In this document: in pieces, positions 1 to 12,019 of the stretch
Layout: the number at the start of each line of letters is the position of its first letter
Position numbering within the stretch: position 1 is the stretch's first letter
From: Vicugna vicugna
Taxonomy: Eukaryota
DNA length: 64,000 nucleotides
NCBI GenBank assembly: GCA_013265495.1
Contig: MU058645.1
Coordinates: 970,995-1,034,994, forward strand
Direction of reading: 5' to 3'
Program-made: the position numbers and the translations under genes
Notes under the pieces: generated by a model
Told to the model about the DNA's origin: nothing
Databases searched by the model: none
The model's input: the letters and a program-made list of their open reading frames with translations, nothing else

Positions 1-1237
1 CAGGAACTAAGGCCCCCACCCAGGTGGAGAATGGTGACTTCAGGCTGAGCACAAGGGCATGGACCCCAGACTGGTTGGCACCAGAAGGCTGATGATTGAC
101 GTTCCTGGAGCACCACCCTGTTATCTCCCCACCAACAAATCAAAGGAGGGTCACACGCCCTGCAGGACCCCCCCCACCAAATTCTGCCTATAGAATCTCT
201 TTCCCAAGGCCCATCAGGGGCATGAACTTGGGTCCAACCACAGTAGGAATCAGAGACTGCAGGGCTGAAGGCCGCCTCAGTTGGGGGTTGGGGGCCTTCC
301 TACTCAGCGTGCTGGCACACGGTTATGCCAGGACGTGCTGACCATCCAGTCTGTGGAGGGCAAGGTGGGCCTGTGAGTGCCTTCTGGCCTCCAAGCACCG
401 CGGCCAGGGGCCCGAGGCCCCTCTGCTCACCCCCTGCCGTTTAATTAACTCGCTCTCTGCGCGGACCAAGGAGTGAGGGCCGTTGGGAGGCTCTCTCCTT
501 TCTCAGCAGAACAAAGCCCAGGCCACACAACCATTAAAAACAGCTTCTCTGCTTGGAGGGAAGAAAAGAGCAAGACCATCCCAGCTGAAAAGCCGGTGTG
601 CCTGGCGAGGCCCGCAGGCCGCTCCCAGAACGCTGTGGGCTGCGTGCGGAGTAGTGGTAAAATGATGGCCCCGAGAGAATGTCTATCCACTATTACATAT
701 CCATGGAATCAGGTTAAATTGAATATCAAGTATAGCTTTAAGATGGAAAAAATAAAATCATTTGCAGCCAGAGAAGGGAACAGAGGAAAATGTGACCTTC
801 ATTTTAGTGAGGAGTCCAAAGCAATGCTTCTCAAACTTTAAGGAATTTAAGAACCACCTGGAGGGCTGCACTTCCCCCGGGTCTAAAGCGGGCCAAGCCC
901 CTGCATTCTGGTGGGGCTCCCCGGGAAATCCTCGCATGGACCACTCTTTCAGAAACGCAGGCATAGGAGTCCACAGGTACTAGGCTCCCCTTTTATGTGA
1001 AATGCAGTTTGTACATGTGGTGCTGTGAACTGTGCCCCAGCCACCACAGCTGTTCTCAGACCGCAGCCTGCATCGGAATCACCTGCAGTCTTGGCTAAAA
1101 CAGATCGCTGGGCCCCAGCCGGAGTGTCTGACTCAGTATATCTGCCGTGCAGATCCCAAAACCTGCACGTCTGACAAAATCCCCGGTTCCCAGGTGCTGC
1201 TGCTGCTGCTGCTCTGGGGTTCACGGCTGCTCTAGCC

Positions 1238-1996
1238 CAGGGTTCTCCAAGTCATCACCACTGAGGTTGGCAGCTGGGTAATCCTCTGTCGTGGGCTGGT
1301 CTATGCATTGCAGGATGTTTAGCAACATCCCTGGCTTCCACCCACCAGCAGCATCCTTCAAAACCACGGGGTGAATCTATTTCACCTGCCTTCACTAATC
1401 GAGGGCTTTTTAAGACTTGAAAGTCCTCCAAGCAGCCTGTGGTCTAAGCAATAAGCTGTTTGCCCACGCTGTTATCCAGAGCTTGGAATCAGCTGCGTCT
1501 AGTTGGAGCTGAGCTGCTTAAGACTGGAGAGAACCACTGACCTTCCAACCGGGCATGCGTGAGCGTCCACTCGGTGACCAGAAACTCCACCTGCAGGTAG
1601 TGCCAAGCGCCTCCGTTTTGAAAGTGCAGGGAGGGGCCACGGCTGAGTGACACCTGCGCAGAACAGCAATGACGCACCTGTTTCCGATCACCTGTCTGCA
1701 TCATCAGACCACCTTGCTGCCTTGTTCTTCACCCCAGAGTACCCCGAGCCCCTTGCCTCCCGGGAGGCAGAGCTGAGACTAGTTCTGCAGGCTCCTCATT
1801 TGGCTGCTTTGCAAATAAATCCTCTTTTTGCTGTAAACCTCGGGGTCTCAGCATTTTGGGCTGCTGCTCATTAAGGCCAAACGAACCTAGTTTGGTAACA
1901 TGACTTGTGACAACCAAAAATGTCTCCAGACGTTGCCAATTGTTCTCGAAAGGCCAAAGAATCTGCACCACCACCACCCATTCAAGAACAGCTGGT
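1238..1996 (-). mobile_element. MER20 hAT DNA transposon fossil, split in two (1238-~1357 and ~1905-1996) by an LTR insertion
   Basis: Left part 'cagggttctccaag...tgcattgcaggatgtttagcaacatccctggc' and right part 'ttgtgacaaccaaaaatgtctccagacgttgccaa' match consecutive parts of the reverse-complemented MER20 consensus as I recall it. Confidence 0.85.
1360..1900 (+). mobile_element. Solo ERV LTR (ERV1-like), same family as the LTR at ~47.8-48.4 kb
   Basis: AATAAA at 1814-1819; ends 'tttggtaaca' (1891-1900); shares 'gggcatg(c/t)gtgag(c/t)gtccactcggtgac' and 'cacctgcgcagaac' with the 47.8 kb copy; left boundary approximate. Confidence 0.8.
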
Positions 1997-2199
1997 CTCG
2001 GGAAAGCCAGAGGCCTTCCTAATGTTGGCAAGTGGGTCCTGGCAGTGAGGCTCTGTTTCTCCATCATCTCTTTTCATGCACTCCTCCTGTCTGCTCGCTT
2101 TTGACCCCTGCCTGCCCTGTGCACCCTGGGGCTGCTGTCCCCGCCTCCATGTACTCCAAGCAGGGACCTAGCTCTCAATCGTTCCCTTAAAGTTGTTTT

Positions 2200-2530
2200 C
2201 CCCCAGCTCCCTTCAGCACAAGAATCAGCTGATCTTGCTAAATACAGATTCTCAGGCCTCCCTCTGGGTGTTCTGAGTCGGGGGCCGCCGAGGGGCCCTG
2301 GGGTATGTGCTGAACATGTCCCGGGGGTGCCGACATCCGAGAGTCTGGGCGCTCTGCCTTAATGTTTCTCAGTCTTCAAGGTGCAATCACATCACTTGGG
2401 GGGCTGGTTAAATTCCAGGTTTTTGATTCTGTCAGTCTGGGGCGGAGCCTGGGACCCTGCACTTCTAAGCAGCTCTCAGGGCTGCTGGCACGCGCAGGCC
2501 CACAGACTGCCCCCCGAGCAGCAAGATCTG
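2200..2530. mobile_element. Two adjacent MER5A-like hAT fragments
   Basis: 'gaatcagctgatcttgctaaatacagattctcaggcc' and 'ttgattctgtcagtctggggcggagcctgggaccctgcacttctaagcagctc' resemble the MER5A core. Confidence 0.6.
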
Positions 2531-3020
2531 AAAAGACCAAGCTGGGCTGTTGAACACATCAGCTCTTGAGCTAATGTGGGGACAAAGGCGGGAGGAGTCG
2601 GGGGAGTGGGCAGAATTTCAGCACGGTTCAGAAACACTTCCAACTGAACATCAGAATTCAGAACAGACCCCAGTGTTTCTGGGGATTCACGGGCCCTTCC
2701 CTGCCTTGGGGGATCGCTCACGAGCCTTGTCTGCACTCGGGCTGCCACCATGTTACTCCAGCCCAAATCCCCAGCATTTCCGTTCTTGCCCGTCATCACA
2801 GCCCATGTCTACTCCCAGCTGCCATTCAGCCACGAAGCCCTGCTTTCCACACACAGCGGTTTTGATTTTCCCTCCCCCTAAGTCCCCTTTGCTTGCTCCT
2901 TTTGAATCAGAACTAGCTGGAGTGAAGGCCTTGAACTTGCCAAGGGAAAGTTTCCATCAAAATGTTTTCCTAAACGAAAGTCCAGCTGTCCTTCCCCAAG
3001 AAATCCTTTGTTCTTCTAGC

Positions 3021-3142
3021 GCAGTGGTTCTTAAAGTGTGGTCAGCATCACTGGGGACCTCGTCAGAAATGCAGTGAATCCGAAATTCTGGAGGTGTCCC
3101 CTGCAATGTGTTTTATAACCTGTCTTCCAGGTGATTCTGAAG
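3021..3142. mobile_element. MER5A-like hAT fragment
   Basis: Starts 'cagtggttcttaaagtgtggtc', contains 'agaaatgcag' and ends 'ccaggtgattctga', typical of MER5A. Confidence 0.7.
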
Positions 3143-3904
3143 GTCAGGGAGCCTTGCCAGCTTTTAAAACAGATCCCCGCTTTCATCTGCACAGCAAACA
3201 TCAGGCCTGTGTCACACCAGCCAGGGAAGTCACAGCTTCTGGTCAGTTGCTGGATTCCAACTGCTAGTGAGGTGTAAGCCATCTGAACAGTTCTGCAGGT
3301 CACCTACCACCCTACCAAATGCAGTGCACATTCATCAGCACAGGTGAGCCTGGAAGCAGAAGTTGTCCTTTTGACTTATACCTGTGATGCCTAAATTATT
3401 TATGGAATCCGATAAGGCTCTACCAGCAGTAGGAGCTCTGAGGTGAGCCTCTGTCGTTAACGGCTCTCCACCCAGAAAAATAAAATATGTCAAAATAGAA
3501 TAATGCTGTATTTTCTTAAGAGTGAAAAGATGATGTGATTTGCAAATGCCATGCTTTCAGGGCATGAGTAATATACTCATTACTCAGAATCCACAAACCC
3601 ACCTGGAATCTAGGCGCTGTTAGGAAGGCCGACAAGGTGAAAGTCTGTATCTAAACATGCCAGACACATCAGGTACTTCCTCCTGGGTTAGTAAGACGTG
3701 ATCACCCACACACGCTGTCTCATGCCGGCGTTAATTACCTCGTTGAATCACCTCCATGGCGGAGCACGGGCTGCAGAAACACAGCAAAGGTTGGTTTTGA
3801 ATCTGTCGTGCCCTAAATGAGCAGAGTGCACGTAACAACAAAGAAAAAAAGGGTAAAGCAGTCATCTGGAGACCTCGGGAGAATCCAGCAAAATGCGAAC
3901 TCAC

Positions 3905-3931
3905 CAATACTTGGCTTCCCGTTGGCATTTC
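3905..3931 (-). CDS. Candidate 27-nt internal microexon of an unidentified minus-strand gene (GNANGKPSI in phase 1)
   Basis: Minus strand reads ...attcTAG|GAAATGCCAACGGGAAGCCAAGTATTG|GTGAGT: consensus donor, frame-preserving length, phase matches the exon at 5124; polypyrimidine tract is weak. Confidence 0.3.
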
Positions 3932-4479
3932 CTAGAATTGCCACACGGTCACAGCAGCAAGCTAGCTCCCCTGTGAAGCTGGGCCGGTACAAGATGCATG
4001 GGTCTGGTGAGCGTGGTCTCCGTGAGAACGCTCACTGACGCGTCGTCGTCCTGTCCTGTCATTTAAAGCAGATTTCTGAATATGGGGCCCCGGTCAGTTA
4101 CTTTTCCTTGTTCTCCTGATGTACTCCAGGTCTTCCCTTTCAACTCAATTGAATCTAAGGTGAATTCTACAGAACCAAGAGGAGAGGGCATCTTTCCTCT
4201 GTCCCCCCATTTCAATGGGGGGGTAGGTAAGCACCAGACCCTCCACCCTGCAGTCAGAGAAGCAGAGGAGTTGTCTTTGCTGCACGTGAAAATCAAAATG
4301 CACCAAGGGAGGGCACTACCCGGGCGCGAGAAAGCTGGCAGACGGAGTGCAGCCTGTGGCGAGGCCCTTTCAAAGCCTGGGCGCAAGTTGCTGAAACACA
4401 GATACTTTGGGGGCAGGACTCAGAGAACGAGGGCCCCAAGATTCCAGCCCTGCTCGGCCCACCTGCAGAATCGCATCCC

Positions 4480-4930
4480 TTTGGTGTGGTGGGACCTGTG
4501 GACATCACAGGACATCACTCTGTGGTTAGGTTGCTAATCCCGTCTGTGGTCATCTAAAGGAGGGTATCTCATGTGGGCCTGGCCTAATCAGAAGCGCCTT
4601 TGAAAGAAGATGAGGTCGTTAGGACTCACTCCTGCTGGCCTGCAAAAAGGAAATGTCCATGCTGTGAACAGCCTATGGAGAGGCCCTCAAGAAGCTGAGA
4701 GCAGCCCCCAGCAACAGCCACAAAGAATGAATTCTACCAAGGACGCATGAGCCTAGAAGAGGCCCCTGAGCTTGGATGAGACCCCAGCCCCAGCCGACGC
4801 CTTGACTTCAGCCTCTGGAGACCTCGAGCTGAGGATGCAGACAGCCGCACCCTGACATCCTCAGCACAAGTCCCATCAGGTGATGTATTTGTGTTGTTTA
4901 AGCTGCTCGATGTGCAGTAAAACTAATGCA
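4480..4930 (+). mobile_element. MLT1 (MaLR) solo LTR
   Basis: 'gccatgctgtgaacagcctatggagagg'-like core, 'cagccccagccgacgccttgacttcagcc' and 3' end 'tgtgttgtttaagctgct...aaactaatgca'. Confidence 0.8.
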
Positions 4931-5123
4931 GGTGCATCGAATTATTCAGAAGGCGTTAGTCAGTGGTTATTTACTTAATCGGAGCACATTTTTTCAAAAA
5001 CAAAAAGTTAAGTTGAAACTACTTTGATCAGCTGAGTCAGACAGAAAACAAAAAAAAGGAAAAAAGTAAACTCTCCCCCTGGAAATTAACAACCATGCGG
5101 AGTCCCTTCTCCCGTCCACTCAC

Positions 5124-5133
5124 CACTGGGCAT
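5124..5133 (-). CDS. Candidate first coding exon (ATG CCC AGT G, M-P-S-) of an unidentified minus-strand gene; 5' UTR probably extends to ~5240
   Basis: Minus strand GGCGCAG-ATGCCCAGTG|GTGAGT with consensus donor at 5123-5118; CpG-retaining patch 5090-5250; TATA-like GATAAAA at 5263-5257; Kozak context weak. Confidence 0.3.
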
Positions 5134-6312
5134 CTGCGCCGAGCGACACTGCCAGCGCCTTCTGCGCTCCCGGCTCTCTCCTGCACAGGCGCCCCTCTGA
5201 TTCCCCAGTTCTCGCCAAAGCAAATTTAGAATCACAGTCGCCACGGAGAATGACTATTTTATCTGGCTCTTTTCTTTCTTTGATAGAAAGTGAGTCCCCG
5301 TTCTATGTGGTCCCCACCTCCGGTTAGTTCTGGTTCTCTCCAAAGGGGTCACACAGTTTGAACAAAGATGCCCAGGGGCTCTTGCCAGGGCCCCCACTTT
5401 CCTTGCTCTCTGCTCTGGCCTCCACGTGTGCCTGTCGGTGAGACCTCTGCTGCCCGCTTAGCCTCCCCTGGGCGCCCAAAGAATCAGCTTCCCCACCGTT
5501 GACATCACCAAGACCTGCGACAGGTTGAAGCCTCTCAGGTCCTCAATGCACTGAAACTGCAGCCAATCCAGGCATCCAGGGCATCCAAATAAAAGCTTCT
5601 AAGAGGCTTTTGTGGGTAAGGATAGAGGTATGTAGTCAGCAGCAAATCAACTGACGCCTCTCCATCAGAGTCCCCCAGACGTTTTCACTAAGCAAAGTGA
5701 TGCTCAGCTCTGGTCTCCCCCATCTCTCTCCCCAACTCCCAGGCCCCTGCTCCTTTCTCACGCAGAAAAATTTTGTCACTTGAGCACCTCGGGTCTCTCT
5801 CTCTGCTCCAAAGCAGTTCCCAAAGCCTCATGCCACCAGCAACACTAGTCCCCAAAGAATATCCTCCTAGAGGGGTCCTCTCACCAGCTGCCAGGGTAAC
5901 AAAGTCTCTCAGCATGTTGGAGACGCTCTGTTCCCTAAAGAAGTGAAGGTAGGTCCCAAAATATCTGACAGCAATCATAGTAAAGCAGCTCGGCTGAGCA
6001 TCTGCTGCCTAACAGATGACCTGGAAGTCACAGACTTAAAACAACACTGATCTATTATTTGTCACATTGCTGGGAAATCTGCTGGGACTCCTACTCTGCT
6101 GGCTTCCCCTGGGCTCCCTCATGCAGCTGCATCGAGCTGGACTGTTGGCCTGGAAGGGCCGCGCTGGCCTCACCAACGTCCCCGGTGACTGTGTGGCTGT
6201 GGGCTGGGCACCCAGTTCTCCTCCACGTGGCTGCTCACCCTCCAGGACATTAGACGGTGTCATCCCAGGGCGGTCTGGGGCCGTGTCCTCGGAGAGGGAG
6301 CAGAAGCCGTAA

Positions 6313-6905
6313 GCCCCCTTTTCTTTTAATCGAAGTCCAGTCAGTTTATAGCATTGCACTAGTTTCTGGCGCACAGAAGAGCGGTTCAGTTATACACACA
6401 CGTGTATTTCTTTTCGTTTTTTTCATTATAGGTTATTACAGGCACTGAGTGCAGTTTCCTGTGCTAAACAGTGGGACCTTGTTGTGTATCTAGGCTATAT
6501 ACAGTAGCTAGTATTTGAAAATCCTGAGCCCCAGTCTTTCCCTTTACCTGCCCTTACCCCCTCGGTAAACATAAGCTTGTTCTCCATGTCTGTGAGTTTT
6601 GGAGATAAGTTCGTCTGTGTCATTTTTTCAGATTCCACGTATAAGTGATGTCATGTGGTATTGGTCTTTCTCTGTTTGACTTACTTCACTTAGTATGATA
6701 ATTTCCAGGTCCATCCAATGTTGCTGCAAATGGCATTATTTTATTTATTTTTGGCTGGGTAGTATTCCTGTGTGTGTGTGTGTATACACACACCACGTCT
6801 TCTTTATCCAGCCAACTGTTGATGGACACTTATGTTGCTTCTATGTCTCGGTTATTGTCAATAGTGCTACTGTGAACTTCAGGATGAGTGTATCTTTTGG
6901 AATTA
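6313..6905 (-). mobile_element. L1 3' end fragment
   Basis: 'ttttcattataggttattacagg...tttcagattccacgtataagtgatgtcatgtggtatttg'-type L1 3' UTR in reverse orientation. Confidence 0.85.
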
Positions 6906-6929
6906 CTTCTTTCAATGATGATCTTAATC

Positions 6930-7130
6930 ATGACTTCATAGCCTCTTAAAGCTTAGTCTCAGAAGTCACAGAATGTCATTCCCACCATGTCCTATTGGCC
7001 AGAGCATGCCATCACAAGGCCAGCGCAGGCTGGGGGAGCACAGGAGAGACAGTGATGGGAAGGAAAACAAACTCACATCGAATGAGGCAGCGCTACCTGG
7101 AGGGAGTAACTGGAGACAACGCTCTGCAGT
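6930..7130 (-). mobile_element. MLT1 LTR fragment
   Basis: 'agaagtcacagaatgtcattcccaccatgtcctattggccagagc...cacaaggccagc' resembles reverse-strand MLT1. Confidence 0.6.
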
Positions 7131-7198
7131 CACCCTCCCCCTCCCTCACCATCTGGCTCGTTCTGTTTTGCTCTATTCCCCCTCCCCAACCCCCATCA

Positions 7199-7226
7199 TA
7201 CACACACATACACACACACACACACT
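7199..7226. repeat. Imperfect (CA)n microsatellite
   Basis: tacacacacatacacacacacacacac. Confidence 0.85.
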
Positions 7227-8974
7227 CCTAAAACTCAGATGTGAGCTGCAGGGTCCTGGACCAGGAGACAGTCTGAGGAAGAAGCAGCACAGATCCTCAA
7301 GGCCCTTTGCCCTTGGTCCTCAGCCTGCAACTGACTCAAACATTGATCCCAAGGGCTCTCAGCATCCACACTGGACTTGCCTGTCTTGTCTAAGTCCAAG
7401 AAGCAGGCTCTGTTTTGTCCCAAACGTTGGTCACCTCTGCCCTTCCATTGGAGCTGCTTCTCAAGCAGCCCTGTGAAAAGGTCAGTGCCAACTGAGCATC
7501 TGTGGGACCCCCTTCCCTCAGAACTGAAGCCCCCCAGGCACTGGGTGCACTGGCCTTTTGTCTCTATTCAGGGACAATCACAGATGCCAGAGACTTGGGG
7601 AACGAGTCAGGCTCCAAAGGCAGCAGGGGCCAGACACTGTGGTGTCGGGATTTGCTTGGATGAGCAGCCAAGAGAGGCAAGTAGAAAACAGGACCCAGAG
7701 GCAACAGAACCAAGCGAGGGCAGCACTTGGGCAGAGAGAGCGCTGTGGTGTCCACTGTATTCGGGAAGTGTTTGCGGGGGGCCCTCGGAGTGGATCCGGG
7801 GGCACACACTGAAAAATCAAGTCTGATGGCACAGCCAGGCCAGGAACAAGCCGGGACGACGTGGCTCGCGGAGAGAAGACCCCCGCACACCGCCCACTGC
7901 GTCTCACCTGTGTGATGTAGAGTTCCGTGAAGAAGCAAGTGTGAGAAACCAATCACAGCCCCCAGGGGAGGCGCCACACACTTAACATTGTCACCTTGAA
8001 GGAAATGAGCCGTTACAAAAGTACGCTGCGGAGCACGATGACTCAGTTGTAATATCCAAGTTAATTAACTTGATAGATTTCAGCTTTTCTCGGTGCAGTG
8101 TAGACAGAGGCACTTTCTGAGAAAACACAAGATTACTTTTCCCCAAGGAAAAGCCAGCAATAAAAAGCCTTCCGCCTGTCCTTTTAGAGCCTCGGACTTC
8201 CTAAGAGCGAGTGTCTTTCCTCTTCCCTCTGAAGGAGCAGCCCCGGATCCACGTGAGCCCATCTGCCGCTTGAGGTCACCATGGTGGAAAAAAGAAGCAA
8301 ACAAAAGACTTTTTTGCCAATTTAAGAGGTAGGGGTGGCAAAATTCTTAGCATCAAGGAAAGGAAGAAGACCGACTCTTTCAAACAGGCAATTTAGCAAT
8401 TACATTTTGGGGGAATTTTTTAAAAAGCATCTTGGTACATTTCTATTTTTAAAGTAATGACCTATACTTGATCAAAAATGCTAAAATGCTATTTCCAGCA
8501 AATTGCACAGATAATTAAGTCTAATTTCAATGATGTTTGAAACAACAGCAATAAATCTTTATGGGTTCTTGTGTTCAATCCATGCTGAAACTTCATCCAA
8601 ATTTTATTTTAATACAGAGTTTTCTCATCTTGGTGACTTTTTATGAGTTAACTAAGGATCTGTCTCCATAGACACAATGGGAAAGAAGAAAATTATTTGG
8701 CTAACTTAAGTATTTTAAAAATAGATCTATTCTAATTACATAGAGTATTGCTTCAGTTCTTCAGATTCTTTTCCTTCCATGGCTTCAGATCTATATTGTC
8801 AACTTCCCTTCCTCAGGTTTTAGAATGAATGGATTATCATTTTCTCCCATACTTGTAACGTGGATGGAAAGTCATAATAAATACATCATTTAACAAACTG
8901 CTCCCAAAGTCTAAGCGAGAGTAGAGTGGGGGAGTTGTAGCCTCTTGTTGGACTGAATGGACCCCTAAAATGAC

Positions 8975-9195
8975 AAGTTTCTAAGGTGTAGCACTGGGAA
9001 CTATATTTAATATCTTATAGTAACCTATAGTGAAAAAGCATATGAAACAGAATATATGCATGTATATGTATGACTGAAGCACTATGGAGCATACCAGAAG
9101 TTGACACAACATTGCAAACTGACTATACTTCAATTAAATTTTTTTAATTTTTTAATTTAAATTAAATTAAATTAAAAACAAGTAAATAAATAAAT
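8975..9195 (+). mobile_element. L1 3' terminus with A/T-rich tail
   Basis: 'gcactgggaactatatttaatatcttatagtaacc...gacacaacattgcaaactgactatacttcaattaaa'. Confidence 0.85.
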
Positions 9196-9556
9196 GGATC
9201 CCTAGACAAACAGTTGTTGAAAAACATCATAGTTCAAGGGCTAAACAGAGCTCTCAAACCAAACCTCCCACATAATAGCACGGAGAAATTCACTCCTGTT
9301 CTTTCTTCTGAAACTCTCAACTGCTCAGGCGTCTTGGACAGAAGCAGCTTCCCAAAGGCACACATCCAGTGAGCAAGCTGCTGTTTCCTGAACCCAGGAC
9401 GCTTCGTTACACTACGTGTGATGTGAAGTGAGGTGGTTTATAGGAGAAGTGTTCACTGACCCCTGTGTGCTCCCGCACCCCCCACTATGATCTGGATAGG
9501 TCAGCTGAAGTGATCTTTAAACATGAATTTCTATCATGTTACTTCTGCAGCTTGTA

Positions 9557-9783
9557 TCAGGGGTCTGCGAACTTTTATACAAAAGGCCACGGGGGAAATA
9601 TTGGGGGATTTGCAGGCTCTCTGTGAGGTCTCTGTCACAACTATTCAAATCTGCACTTTAACACAGAGGCAGCCACCGACCACACCTAAACGAAGGCGTG
9701 CGGCTGTCTTTCAAACAAAATTTCATGGACAAAAATACGAGCTCAGACAGACTTGGCCCACGGGCTGTAGCTGCCAAGCCCTT
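9557..9783 (+). mobile_element. MER58A hAT DNA transposon, near full length
   Basis: Begins 'caggggtctgcgaacttt' and ends 'ggcccacgggctgtagctgccaagccct', matching the MER58A termini and internal sequence. Confidence 0.85.
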
Positions 9784-10329
9784 TGCTACCTGGTGCACAT
9801 GGACGGAGCGTGGCGATTACCTAGCGCACCCACGTACTGCGTGAAACATGTATGTACTTGCATTTATATCTCAGCACCCACACAGTTTCAAGAAAAGGTT
9901 TAGAAAGGCTGATGGTATACCCCCATTTGGAAATGTACAAAAGATGCTCACAGTGATCTGAAACTCCTCAAGGAAAGCAGGAGGATCCACGACTAACCTG
10001 GGGGGGGGGTGTCCCACACATGCAGAGGTGGAGACGTGAAATCCCCCTGGCCCCCCGTTTCAGATGGTTAATCAGACACACCCCGACACAAACGATGTTA
10101 CTGAATGTGGACAGCGTCTTCCGTTGTGGGGCGAGGGGCAGTCCTGGCTGCGGAGAGTCAAGTCAGTCAGTTGCATCGCTCTCTGTTCAGGTCCCTGGAG
10201 GATTAATCTGTCCCGCAGGCTGGGGTTCCCAGACCCGAGTTCTCCCATGAAGGAGACTGAGTGACACCGAGTGTGTGAGGCCACATAGGAAACACAGCAC
10301 CAGTTTATGTCAAGACTTTGAAGATAGGT

Positions 10330-10810
10330 CAGCATTTGTTCAGCCGTGTTTATAACAGTATAATTTACAGTAGCCAGAAAGGTGGAAACAACCCAAATGT
10401 CCATTGGCAGATGACTGGACAAACAAACTTTGGTAGATATACACAATGGAATATTATTCAATCCTGAAACAGAAGGAAATTCTGACGTGCTGCAACATGG
10501 ATGAGCCCTGAAGACCCCGCGCTAAGCGAAATAAGCCAATCACAGAAAGACAAGTACTGTTGTGACGCCACCTTTATGAGGTGGTGGAGCAGTCAAGTTC
10601 ACAGAGACAGGGTGCCGGAGGTTGGGGGGAGGGGGAAGCGGCGACTGTTGTTTTATGGGTCTAGAGCTTCACTTTTGCAAGATAAAAAAGTTCTAAGGAT
10701 TCCTTGCAAAACAATGTGAATATACTTAACCTTACTGAACTGTACAATTAAAAATGTTTAAGATGGTAAATACTATGTTACATGCATTTTACCACAATTA
10801 AAAAGAAATC
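10330..10810 (+). mobile_element. L1MB-like 3' fragment
   Basis: 'ggaaacaacccaaatgtccattggcagatgactgg...caacatggatgagccctgaagac...aaaatgtttaagatggtaaa'. Confidence 0.85.
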
Positions 10811-10914
10811 CTTTAGAAAAAGGACTTTGAAGACAGGTGAATAATATACATCTGTACTATTTAAAACAAGCACGTGTACTTTCTAAACTCAGAACATCTG
10901 GGTGCAAATTTGGA

Positions 10915-11160
10915 CTTTTTTCTTTCTTTAATTGAAGCGTAGTCAGGTTACAATGTTGTATCAATTTCTGGTGTACAGCACATTGCCTCAGTCACACATG
11001 AATATACATATATTCATTTTCATATTCTTTTTCACCATAACGGGCTTACTTCTGAGCCTTGAGGAAGCCACGTAACCTCTGTGGGACTTGGTTCACTAAT
11101 TTGTAAAGCAGGCTTAGCAGTAGCACCTCACAGGGTCAGTGTAAGGATTAAATCGTCTGC
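10915..11160. mobile_element. L1 3' tip (minus strand, 10915-11040) followed by a MIR fragment (11045-11160)
   Basis: 'ttaattgaagcgtagtcaggttacaatgttgtatcaatttctggtgtacagc'; then MIR core 'aacctctgtg...tttgtaaagcagg...cacctcacaggg...gtaaggattaaat'. Confidence 0.7.
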
Positions 11161-12019
11161 ATCCATGACGGTTCACCCCACAGAAACTGCTGCCTTTGTC
11201 TCATGTTTCCAGCCACTGTGAGGATGGGCACCTGTCCATCTGCGTCTCCCATCCTCTCCCTGCTCCTGATGACACTGGGGACCTTGTTCCCTGATGACAC
11301 TGGGGACCTTGTTCTCCCTGCTCAATAAATAATTGGCTGCTGTTCCCAATATCCAGACATTGGGCACAGTAAACTTCTCGTTCTGCCTCCACTGCATCTG
11401 TTTTCTTCCCAGAAATGTTCCTGAGATGGCTTTGAAGGGTCATTAGCCCCCAGGCCCATCCGGAAGGAACAGATCAGGAAGTGTGTATCTAGGAATGTCT
11501 GGTTCCCACCAGCAGAGATGCTAAGAAAATGCTTCAATACCACACTTGACATTTTCAAAAGATGCGATCGGATCTGAATTATGTTCCATGTTGAAGGAAA
11601 AATTAAATAATTCATGACACTAACCCACTGCTGTCTGAACAAACATTGCTTGTCAGAAGTACAGTGCTGTCTGTGGTAGGTCATGAATTTGCATTTCTAG
11701 CAATGAAGCCATTTATTATTATTTCTTTCTTTCTTTTTTTTTTACAAATATCAAGTTCTTATATAACCTGCATTTAAAAAAAAAAAAGACTTTCTGCCTT
11801 GACATAAAAACCGATTGTTTTTAGACTTCATCCCTCACATTACTCAATTTCTTTATGTTTAGTTTTTCAATTCAAAAATTATCTGTTGATTGAGCGACTG
11901 CTGTGTTCAAGTCCCTCCCTTCAGAAATGTATATCCTATAAAGGGAATATAAAGAGTGTGCCAATGGTTGTCATTTAAAACAGAAGCGTTAGGGTCACAA
12001 GAGGGGCCAAAGCTCCAGG

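Noticed and set aside
8975-11040. Inverted pair of L1 3' tips (8975-9195 and 10915-11040)
   Set aside because: Identity is roughly high-70s percent by eye, which is ordinary for independent copies of one L1 family, unlike the MLT1 pair.
11263-11315. 25-bp tandem duplication (ctgatgacactggggaccttgttcc x2); similar two-copy duplications at ~44440-44545 and ~50030-50120
   Set aside because: These are ordinary slippage duplications with no associated feature.
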